DNA of 64,000 nucleotides from an uncultured Planctomycetales bacterium. Its GTDB lineage: Bacteria > Omnitrophota > Gorgyraeia > Zapsychrales > Fredricksoniimonadaceae. The stretch lies in assembly GCA_964583975.1 (NCBI GenBank), contig CAZOXU010000003.1:92153-156152 (forward strand), given 5' to 3'. Below the pieces are notes generated by a model, which worked only from the letters and a program-made list of their open reading frames with translations, made no database searches and had not been told where the DNA came from. Shown one piece after another: positions 42,001 to 54,000 of the stretch (position 1 is the stretch's first letter; every line of letters begins with the position of its first letter). The translations under genes and the position numbers were made by a program.

Positions 42001-45000
42001 GGCTAAAAGAATGCTCAATCCTTTGATCTGATCGCTTGAAAGTTGTAATTTCTTAACTTGTGGGACATTAGGTGTTGGTGTCTCGGGCAGTGCTGTTACA
42101 ACTGGAGATGCTTGAACAGCAGGAGCATTAACTACCTTGTCATCCGACAAATTAGCAGTCTGATTTGAAAGTTTTGAAGCTTCACGAGCGACTTCTGGCA
42201 CTGTCTTAATCTTTAACTCTGTACCTTTATCTACTAAGGCAATAAACTTTTCTGTTCTTTCTTGGGCTTCTTTAGCTCCAAAGATCACTGTCGCTCTAGA
42301 ATAAATATGTTGATACAATTTGTTCTTTTCAGCTGGTGTTAATGGTTCTCCAGAAATTAACTTTGCATTCCATGTGGCTCTGGAACCTACCTGCTTGGCA
42401 TATTTATAACTCTTTAAAATATCTGCAGCTTCAGAGGTTTTGCCTTGATTGATAGCATCTTTAAACCTGGTTAACTTTTTAGCTCTACCTTCACCCATGT
42501 TGTAGACCAAATCGCTAAGGGCTATTTTTTGAGCTGGTGTAAGAGTAGAAATGGCTTTAGGATCCCACACACGTACTTCGTGAGGAGAACTATCTTCCAA
42601 TCGATCAGTGATAATTTCTTCGCCCTGTGAAACAAGCATGGGGATGCCTTCTTTAGAATACTGAGGAATCAATTTTCCGGTAAATCCAAAGCCTACAGTC
42701 CATACGCCTGTGGTGCCATCATCATTGCGTCCAACCTTATCCAAATACATCAAGGCCCTCCATCCTTCATGGATTTCAGTCCAGGTCCTTAAATTAAATA
42801 ACGTGTCCTCGTCGATGGCAAACTGTGGAGTCGCGATCTTGGTTTCAATGCTAGCTTGGGTCTGTGGCTTTTCTTGGGCTGCAAGTTGACTGCCAAATCC
42901 AAAACCACCCACACTGATAGCTAAGGCCGTCATCCAGCCCTTCAAGCGTGGCGCGCTCATGGCGGCGTCGGTCACTTGATATTGAGTTTGAGGAACTTTA
43001 AGCTCTTTAACATTGCTGGTTGGATTTACAGCAAAGCTGCTCACATAAGACCAGAACTCAGGTAAAACTTCTCCATTAGCATCATGAATATCATGGTCAT
43101 CTCTATAGAAGAAGATTAATTGACTCTTATTATCATCTCTTAAACCATACAGGAATTTTCCATTAGGCATTCGAAGAACCCTTACCTTTGCACCTGTGGT
43201 TCTCTTACCGTTAACAGCAGAAAATTCTTTTGTTGGTTTGACCAATAATTGATTAATTGCTTTAATAAATTCTTGTTTATCCTTTTGAATAGCAGATACG
43301 TGTTTCTGATCATCCCCGTAAGCCCACACCGTGTAATTCTTGCCCGATTCATTTTGAACAGTTAGAGGCTTTTCAACGATTACCTTTGAAACCCTTTGTT
43401 TTAAAGTGTCAATAAGAACAGCCTCAGAGTTTTGCAAGTTATCTTCAGGCACGGCACCACCAATAAGACCTAATATATGCCCTGCATAAACCTGACGATC
43501 AAAATCGGCAGAAATTCCTGTTAAGGTTTCGACTAACTCATCCACTGTATTTTGAACACTCACATCGACAGGTTGATTTGGATTCTTTCCTAATTTTTCT
43601 CTCAAAATATTCAATACATCTTTTTCGCTGATCAATGCATCTTCCAAATCAATAGCTGCATGAATAATATCTTCTAAGAGAACATCGTTATGTCCACGCA
43701 AGGCAACCTTCTGCTGGATCTCTTTAGGAGCTACATTTAATAACAATGGCTGAACGCTATAGTTCCAAATCTTTTCAACCAAATCTCGCTGAGCTTTTTG
43801 TCGAAGTCTTGGCTCTTTGATCGATGAGAAATATTTCTGACCGTCAATATTATCTGCAATGCGTTCAATGGTAGGAGTTCTCTTAGCTTTTAATAAACCA
43901 AAGAATGAGGTTAGAACATCTTTTTCAATGGCTTGCCATTGAACATTTGGATTCTCTACGATTGCCTCAGTGAAATTCTCTTGTGTTTGAGAATCGGCAA
44001 AGGCTTGAGCACGGAAATCGACTAGTTTTGCAAAATATCCAGCATCTTTTAATTTAATGAAATCAGTTTGTACCGCTGCCAATTGAAGGGTCGGAAGTTG
44101 AGTCAGAGATTTAGCGCTATCGATGGTTGTCTTCAATTTGGCGAAACTGTTTTGTTTCTCTTGGGCAAAACGAATCTGTTCGGATATTAGTCTGTTTAAA
44201 GCAGTTATATCTTCATATTTATCATTTCTATGGAGACTGTTGCCTTCGGCATGCAACAGCCTTAATTGTCGGATAACGTCCTCAAGTGTCTTTGTCTGTT
44301 TAGGATCTCTGATGCTTCTATAGATAGATTGAATGGTTTCTGGTACTTTTCCATCCAGAGCCGTAAATTCTTTTCGAGGAATATCGAATGTATAGCCTTC
44401 AATGGATCTTCTTGTACTCATCGCAGCATCGGTCTTTGCTGTCATAGCAGGATCAGATAAACCTAATTCTATATTGCTAAGGTCTTTAGCTAAATCTTTA
44501 ATATCGTTTTGAACATATCCATAACGACCTAAGCCACTTTTCTCCCATGGTAAGCCAGCTGGAGTTGAAAGACCTGTTGGACTCTCAAACAATGAACCGG
44601 CCACATTGGCTTCATCTTTAAATTTATTCCAATTAGAATCGTTGGCATTTAAAACTTGTTCGATGTCTTGGGCAGACAAAGATGTAAGACGGGTCATTTC
44701 TTCAATGCTCATTTGAGAAGGCTCAAGCCCAACAGCCACACGCATCAAAGCCTTATACGCTTGAACATTATCGATCTTGTCTCGATTCTCAGGCTTCAAT
44801 TCACGAACAGCTTGATCTTTAGCAACTTGAATAAAACCTTTAACTAAATTCTGCACTTGAACTGCGCGCTTAGGAGTGGAGGACATGGCATAATCAAGTT
44901 GGGTTTCATCAAAATTAGCAAGATTACTTAAGAATGGTGTAACGATGTTTTCTCTAATGAAATTTTCTTTTCCTATTTGTGTATTCTTATAGGTTGTAAT

Positions 45001-48000
45001 CAGTCCTGTTGAATAACGGAAAATGTCATAAGCTAAATCTTCCACCGATTTATTTTGAACATACTCTCTAACATCTTTGAAGAATTCTAGCGCTTTATCT
45101 CGTCCTAAGGTTTTAGCAATCGTTTCAAAGATAAACCGATCTTGTTGATCTTTATATCCGTAAGCTAATATGACATTAGCCAAGAAGAAGAATTTACCTC
45201 TTTGAGCATACGTTTTAGCTTGATCTCCCTTATCCTTATAATAACCTGGCTCGAGGAAGAATCGTTTGTTGCCTAAATCAATAATGACAACATTACCTGT
45301 TTTTTCTTGATAAATAAAATTATCCAAATGGAAATCTGATGGAATTCTTCCCTTTAAAGCTTGCCCAACTTTAACCAAGGCTTCAACTGTCTTTCGACGG
45401 ATTTCGGTAGTAAGTTTTCCTTGTTTATTTAATTCGCTTAACTGAGGCCCTTTAATAAATTCTTCCAAATATAATATTTGTCCTTCGTCTGTTGTAAATG
45501 TTGGGCCTAAAGCTGGAGCAATCTCAGAATGTTTCTTACCAATCTTTTGCATATCACCAATTTCCATAGGATCAATGCTGCCCTTAGCTTTTGCGCTCTT
45601 ACTCACCAAGGCCACTTGGCGAGAACCGCCATCACGAGTTTCAAAGTCCACTAAGAACACATCTTTATTGCTTCCTGAAGCCAGATAGCTAATTGATATT
45701 TTCTTTGTTAAATCAGCAGCTTGAATATTTTCCCTTGTTAATTGGCTTAACATCTGGGCCACAACTTCATCCGTATTGTTTTTGTCTAACAAATAATTTT
45801 GTAGAATGGTTCCTGTATTAACAAATTGCTTAGTGAAGCTCTGTGCGTCTGCGGCTAAGGTTGGAAGATTCATCATGACACGACTTTCAATCTTCCAGGT
45901 ATCATGGACTGGACGTAAAGGTCCTGACATCGCAGCGTCGGATGGATTTGAATTAAATGTTGTTAGGAGGCTTGGCAATACTGCAGATGCATCTGGAGCG
46001 GATGTCCTTACACGAGGTGTAACAATTCCTGCAGCCTGTGGTGGTGATTGACCTCCAATGCCAAAGGCAACCTTTAAGGCATTTGTCAGTGCAACAGCGG
46101 CACTTCCAGTGTTTGCTGTTAAATTAGACGGCTCGACTTGATCTTGATCGATAATCATGGCACTATCAGAACCTTCATCTTTAGGTACGCTCGCTTGTTT
46201 TGCTGTTGCTTCTTGAATAATACTAAAAAATTGACCAATACTGACCTTGCTGACCTGAGCGACCTTGCCTGACTCTGTCACAACATTCTCAAAACCTAAT
46301 TTCTTAAGATTATCTTCTGTTCCATGGATGGTGAGGGTTTCTTCAATCGCATTATTATCATCAACACTACCAATTAACTCGACCTTATCTAATCCTAACT
46401 GGGCTAATCCTGGAACCTGATTGGAAACATCAGATTGATAATGACCCTCGCTAACGGCTATTACCTTTCCTCTTACAATGGCACGAACCTTGCCATTGGC
46501 ATCTTGAATCAACTTGGTCGTTGGATTTAACGTATACTTTTGTTCACTGATAAGTTCAGGAATGTTAACGCCTACAGGAATCGTAAATTCAACATGTCCT
46601 GGATTAATCTCTCCAGTTGCTGTCACATGATTAATTTGTTGGCCAGAAACGCTGACTTCTTTACCCTCATTATCTTGGCCACGAAGAAGATTAGAAATAT
46701 CTACGCTATAGCGGTCTTTTTCGACAGGAGTGATTTTATTGTTCACATAAATAGCAATGGGTCTGTCTGTTCTTACAATAACAGCATGTCCTTGTTCTTC
46801 GTTAATGATAAGTCTGTCTCCATCCAAAACTTCAAAGCTTCCAAGATTTTGTTTCTGGAACACTAATTGTTTTCCTATGATCCTTCCTGTTTTTACATCT
46901 AACGTAGTGACCTCTTTCAACAGAGCATTGATGGTTTTATCATCAACAGTTATTTTTCTTGGAGCATCTATGGCAATGTATGGCGCAGCTGGGTTAGAGT
47001 AATCAATTTTGTAGTTCTTGCCCTCCATGCGAATATCTGTTGGCGTGTGGCCTGTTGCAAAACTTTCGTCTTTAGCAAATATGAAGGCGTCGCTTGGAAT
47101 ATAATTGGAAAGCACTGGTGTAGATTCTTCTTCGATTTCTCGGCCTCGATTTTTAGAACGCACCTCTTTCTCAACTTCAGAAAATGTCTTTGTGCTAGCC
47201 AAAACATCTGTAAACAAGCCGCCCTCTTCTTTCGTGGTTTTGTAACTCTCAAAACCTTCCTTTAGCTTCAATAAATTGGCTTGAATTGTTCTTAACTCAG
47301 CTTCGTGTTCTCGAGCAAAAGAGACCATATTCGAATTGCCGCTCTTAGCAAGAAACGCAAAGACAACGTTCAAATCACTAAAATAAGCATCGAACTCCGT
47401 GTCTGCAAGATCTTGGTCAAAGACATCGTACTCTTTATGCATGGCTAATAAATCTCGAATGAATCTCTGCACCGGTTGAGACAAGCTTTCTCTATAAGTA
47501 CGAACGGTTCTAGGATAAGCTCCAGTGCCATCGCCTAAGAAAAATCCATGGATCGTTTCATGTCTTTCCATTTGCTGTTGGTGTTCATCTGAAGATAGTC
47601 TTTCAAGGGTTTTATCTTGTGGGATGACAATCACAGCTGCCTGACGAAGTTTGCTATAAACACGACCTTCTTTTTTAACAACCCCTCGCTGTTCTAATTC
47701 TTTAAGTAGGGCTTTTTCCCAAGGATTAAGGTTGTTCTCTCCCACGTTATTAACAAAATCAACGACCTTATCAATACTCCAATCATGTCCCACCTTAGGA
47801 CTTACGCCTACTCTAGCAAATGCCTCTTCATCCAAAACCTTACCCCTAAGGTCAGGATGTTCGGCAAAGACAGTCAAGCGTTGACCAAAACGATCAGCAG
47901 TAGCCATGTTAGCTGTTTTGATTTTTATAGTGTTATCTTGTTCGCTAACGCTGAATGATCTAGGATTCTCTGGTGGCAACAACTTACGCATTTGAGCGAC

Positions 48001-51000
48001 CTTACGTTCAAAAGTCGTATGAGCATCTAATTTCGCAAATTGGCTGTTGAGGGTTTTAATGGTTTGACGCTGTTCGTTAAGCAAATCTTGAGCAATTTTA
48101 AGATCAGCTTGATGCTGTTGAATTGGATTTAAACCATAATTTTTCTTAGCATTGCCCAACCATTTTAGGGCGCTTTGAAGATCACTGTTGGCAGCGACCA
48201 TTTTCTTTTGGAGTACCTGACGTTGGGTCAAGACCTGTAATATCTCTTGGGCTTTACTTAAGCTCTCTGTAGCAGGAAATCCAAGTTCAGCAATTAACTT
48301 AGATAAATCCTCTGTCATTCCTTCTTGTTGTTGTGGATCAACGCTTAAGAATCGAGAAGATAAATCTACAATATTATCTGCGACCGTATAACCTGTAGGG
48401 CTATTTTGCATCAACACTCTGTCGTTAATAGCTAAATGTCCGATTAATTGTCGTGCAATTTCTACTACTTCTTTGGAAGGTTGATCAATGCGTTGTGTCT
48501 TACCTATAAAGGCTTGGCGAGTGCGAGCGACAAGATTAGAAGCCATTTGTAAGTCTTCTTGATCGCTTCCTTGTTTCCCTGTGTTCAGGCGAGCTTCTTT
48601 GCGCAAACTAGCTAAAATTCTTAACAACTCATCCGGTGGAGCCTGCGATGGTGTTAATTCAATCATCTTTTGCACAACCTTCTGAATTGTGTCTGCACCT
48701 GCATTGTACATTTCAGGTTTAAGAGCATCGGCTACTAATTTAGGAATGATTGTATCGGTAGACACTTTGAATGTTTGCAAATGATATTCTTGCGCCCCTT
48801 TGAGTTCAGCTTTCTTATTACCTACAGCTTGGAAACCTAAGGTCTTATACAAATCTTTAGCCGTTTGATCTTCATCAGGAGCTTGTAAAACAATGTTCTT
48901 AAACTCAAATTTCTTGGCTTGGCTTGAAATAATGTTCATTAATAATGCTCCCAAATCTACACCCTGTACTGCTTGGCCAATACCTACATGAGAAATTTGA
49001 ATATCTCCGTTAGCTTGAGGTCGAGCGCTCACGTAAGCGAGTACCTTACCTTGAGCATCGATAACAGCATGTGTCAAAGAAGGAGTTTTCTTGATCAGAT
49101 CTTCGGAAGCTTGTCGGCTAACAGCTTGACCATTGACCTTATTCTCTAGACTTGCAATACCTTCAATGGCGTTATCATCCTTAGAATTAACTAATTTAAC
49201 TCTCATCCCCTCTGGCAGGGTAGCATTGATATTTTGTAGCTGTTCACTCCAAGAGCGTCCTTGATAGGCCATCATCATTTGTGGACTTGCTGCCCATTGT
49301 TGATATTGAGACTTTTGGGTTTTTTCTTCGATTCTTCCATCATCAAAGTAGGCAATCTTGACATGGTCTTCGACCGTACTTCTGACCTTGGCATAAACTT
49401 TAAATGCTTGAGAAATCTCTGTTGGCTTCTTCAATTCCCATGTCTTGGCTTGATCATTCCACTTCAAAGATCCTGGATTGGTATTGGAGTTAATGACAAT
49501 TTCATTGTCTCGAATGGTAATGCCTTGGGCTGCTCCTAAGATATTAACAACCCCAGCAAACTCACTGTCAGCCACATCTTCTCCTGCCTTTAAATGATCA
49601 GCAAAGTGATCTGCGGCTTTCCAAGCTGTTTCACTAAATGGAGCATTTTTAACAACCAGGCTTAACAAGGTTGTACGGCGGGCTAAGCTTTCTGACACGA
49701 TTTGTGATTCTTGAAGTGTTTTAGTAAGCCACTTCTTTATTTCAGCGTCTTTCTTAACAGCAATGTCTTCTGGAACATGGTGTTCAAATGAACTCTTTTC
49801 ATCACCAGCAGCGATGGTAAATTGAACCTTACTGACCTTACCGTCTTTGTCTCGGACCAATTTAAAATCATCATTATTTATGATCTTGGCACCGGCCGCA
49901 AAGTTAAAGCTGGCTCGCTGGGCAAAATCAATCATACGATCTGTCATATCAGAAATGGCTGAAGCTTGACGACCTGCTTCTTTCGTATCTCCGCTGTTAT
50001 AAGCCTCGATCATTAAATGTCGTTTGCCTTTAAAGACATACTCAGGAAGGGCCTTTTTCGCTTCTTTAAGGAAGGATCGGAATTTATCTCCCATGAGAGA
50101 ATCGATGTGTTCTGGTAATTTTGGCTCGCCTCGTTCATCGAAATCAGCACCATAGATTTCAAAATGATGGGCAATATTCTCTTCAACGGTATACTGCTCA
50201 TGGTAAATGTGCTCAGCCACGCTAGCTAATGGATTGGCAGCTAAATTATCGTTATGGATACGTACTTGGGCAAATTTACCAGCTGTCCCTTCACGGACAA
50301 GCTTCTTCATCCATTCGTGGACCAATTCATGGATGAACACACCAGATTCAGAAGCTTGAGAAACGCCGCGCAAGAACGAAAGACCGAGATTAGATCCTAA
50401 CAAGAAATGCTTGTCAGTTGACATAGCCGCAGTGCCCGCATCATCCAAAGCGAGATTCAAAACCAAGTCTTTGCCAAATTGCTTTTTAATAAAGTCGGTT
50501 TGTCGGCCAATTAAACTGTCTTTATCATCGCTAACAACCTTAATACCATAAGAAACAGCATCTTTAAGTGGAGCTTTAACATCTTCATTTGTAACTTCAT
50601 GGCCTCTATCTAACGCGACAATCGTGATCCTGGCTTTATCGTCTAAACGAGCCATGTTTCGGGCAACCTTTTGGACCGTATCAAAGCTTCCGCCAGCAAC
50701 TGCCACAGCTTCTTGGTAGGCATGTCGAGTATCTTCCATGTTCTCATGGTAGATCTTAAACCCTTCATTCATTCGCTGTTTCTGGATTAAAATTCGATCT
50801 GCTTGATCACTAATATGATCGCTGGTTAATCCCATGCTTTTAAATACCGACTTGATTGGATCATCCTTGCCAACAACGTAATGATCTCCTTCTTCAAAAT
50901 AAGCTGTATCGTTCCAGAATTTACCTATTCTAACACCATCTTTATCGACAAGCTCTCCATTAGCTATGTCGATACTGGTTACGCCCTTAGCTTTCAACTC

Positions 51001-54000
51001 TTCCGGAAGCCCATCTTTAATTCTTAACATACCGCGGTTATAGCTTCCTAATCTCATGCCATCTGTACCACGCTCTTCCACACCATGAATGCGGGCGGTA
51101 CGTAAGGTCAATCGTCCATCATTGTCCTTACTATAATAAGATACCTTGATTTCAGCTTTATCCTCGGCAATACCAGGATAATATTCCTGGGTACCTGAAA
51201 TGTTCTTAATGTCATAGACGCGTCCACCCACTACAGCAGCACCACGACCAACTACAGAGATGACTTTATTGCCTTTTTTCTCATCGATATATATAAAGAC
51301 TTTGTCTCCCTTTTTAAATCCACCGCCACTGGCCAAATGCAAGGTCGCTTCATTAGCTACTTCGCTTTCTTGGACTTCAACCTTACCGTCTTCCTTGATA
51401 CGCAATTTCAATTTCAAACGAAGATCTTCATGGCGCATATCTTCAGTTTCAATTTGTTCCGAAACGATGCTTGAAAAGGTGATGTTTTTCTTGTCGGCTA
51501 AGTCACTCAAATCATGTAACACACCTTCAAAGATCACCGCATTAATGTTTCCGTTATTATCTGTAAACGTGTTGTATTTATATCCTTGAATGGTTTTCTC
51601 TAATTTATCGCCAATCTTTCCTGGCATCACAACGCCATTCTTTAATACGCCAAGAATGTGATTCGTCATACCATTGGATTCATATTTATAAAGGTAGGCG
51701 ACAGTGTGGGCACCCTTGTATTGACCACGTGAGTCAATCACAGGCATTTGGGTGGTTACTTTAAGAGCATCTTCTCCGTTATACGCAACTTTTTCACCTC
51801 GTAACCAGGTGTTGACAACCAAAGGTGCATCAGGAATGCGAACTGGATTAAGCGCATGTCCCATGACCAAGGTAGTTACATAACTATCATTGATTTTTTC
51901 TTGTAAGACCTGATCGACCTGCTCTTGCTTGGTGCTGTCTACACGTAAGACACCAGTTAAGAAATCCTCGATCTTATCAGCTTTAAATACCTTGGCATTG
52001 CCTAAGATATGGTTTTCAACCATGAATTCGTTAGGCTTAAGGTAGGTGCTTCCATCCATACCTTGGATGCCTGAGCCTGTTGCTAATGCCACTGTCGCTA
52101 AACTGCGATACCCTTGTCCAGTAGTTCCTTGACCCGTAGTTTGTGCTCTGTAAATTTGATATCCTGCACCGTTGACTCCATAAAAGACCTTGGCATATCC
52201 ACTGTTATCTTTATAAGTATCGACCAACTTTCTCATAAAATCATCATTCATGTTCTCTAAATCTTTATTCATCACGTCGCGATTGATGTCTCGGGCAACA
52301 GAAACGCTTTGGACAAAAGACTGCATTCTTTCTTGATGCTCTAAGATATCCATCATCTGATTAACGGCTTCGCGCAATTGTTTTTCAGCCGTGGGCTTTT
52401 TCTCTGGAGAGTCTAAATCTTTTTGGATTGCCTTAAGTTGTTCTTTTTGAGCACTAGAGAGGCGTGAATCATGATAAACATCATCGATGTTAATCATTTG
52501 CTTATATTCATGAACCTTGGCACGATAGATCTGGGTCTTGCCGTCTTCTTTCACGTAATCTCCACGAGCCATGGCTTGTAAATAGGAATATGTTCCGCGC
52601 ATATTAAAATCGTAATGGGAGAATTCAATGTTTTCCTTGCTTGGGCTAACGCCTGAGTCACCCGCTGAAATAACTACAACCTTTTTACCCTTAAATACTT
52701 CACTGTTCAGAGTTTTTTCCATAATCGTAGCAAACTCTTCTGGTCCACCGGAGAGAACTATGACCTTGTCTTTAACATCGATCTCGCCGCTTTGTACTCT
52801 TTGAACTTCTTCGGGTTTTGAAAGAACAACAACCTTGTCTTCTCCAAAATGTTGTTTTAATAATTCTACAGTCTGAGTTCTGGAGCTTTCGGTAGCCATA
52901 TTTAACAACATGGCATTAACCATCTTTGGATTAAGCTCAACGGTTTCTCCTTTATCATTAGACCATTTGTAATTTTGATCATTGAAATTCCTGATCAATT
53001 CAAGAGCCTTAGCAGCATCCTTACCAGTAAACACTTCCAATAAAGATTTCTTAAACATTTCTGCGGTTAACGCTCTGTCATAATCAGCAGCCAGCTTAAC
53101 TCCTGCATGATCCAAGATGAATTTAGTGATTTCAGCTGTTCCGGTATATCCTGCAAAACCTTCAAACATACCCATCAATTCCATAGAAGTAATTTGAGTG
53201 TGTAAATTTCTTTCGGTGACACGGACAAACTCAGCTAAAGAAACTTTTTGATCTGGATGGCGTGCTTCTTGATGAGCCACAATCATTCTCATAAAGGCAT
53301 TTAAACCAGTTTGGTCGGTATACACACGGTTATAATCCTTAACACCATTTTTGCCACGTTCCACTGTCACCAGCTCTAATTTGCCGTCTTTAACACGAAC
53401 TTCGAATTTATCTTCTCGGATTTCATTACGAAGCACATCAGCGATGGCTGAGGTAAACTGATCCCAGTGAGCACTAAACAATTGATGGGCCTGAGCATCA
53501 GGTACACCTTGGTCAAAATTGTCTTTTAAGATTGATTCAATTAATTTTCCACCTTCTTTTACAGATTTGATAGCGATTAAATTGCCGTCCTTGTCCTTGA
53601 TGGCTTCAAAATAACGATCTCTGGCTAATGATGCGCCGTGCTGCCCATCTGCTTTCGTCAAATCACTGATGGCTCGTTTTCGATATTCCATGGCTATATC
53701 AGCATCATTCCGTCCTGTTGTTTCAAATGTCACCCCTTCAGCTTTTAATCCTTCAACTCTGGCGCTAATAAGTTTTTCTGTTTCTTTAGCAAATCGTTGT
53801 CCTTCAGCTTGTTCACGAGCTCTATTTTGACGGCCTGTTTCTCCCATGTTTAATAAGATATCTGTCTCAGACATATTTGAAGAGGTGATCATTGGTACAG
53901 AGAGGACCAATTCATGGATTTCGTCACCTAAAACAAGGTAGCCATCAAAAGGATTTTCAGGTTTCTCACCGCGATTTAAAGCTTCCTTATAACGTAAGCC

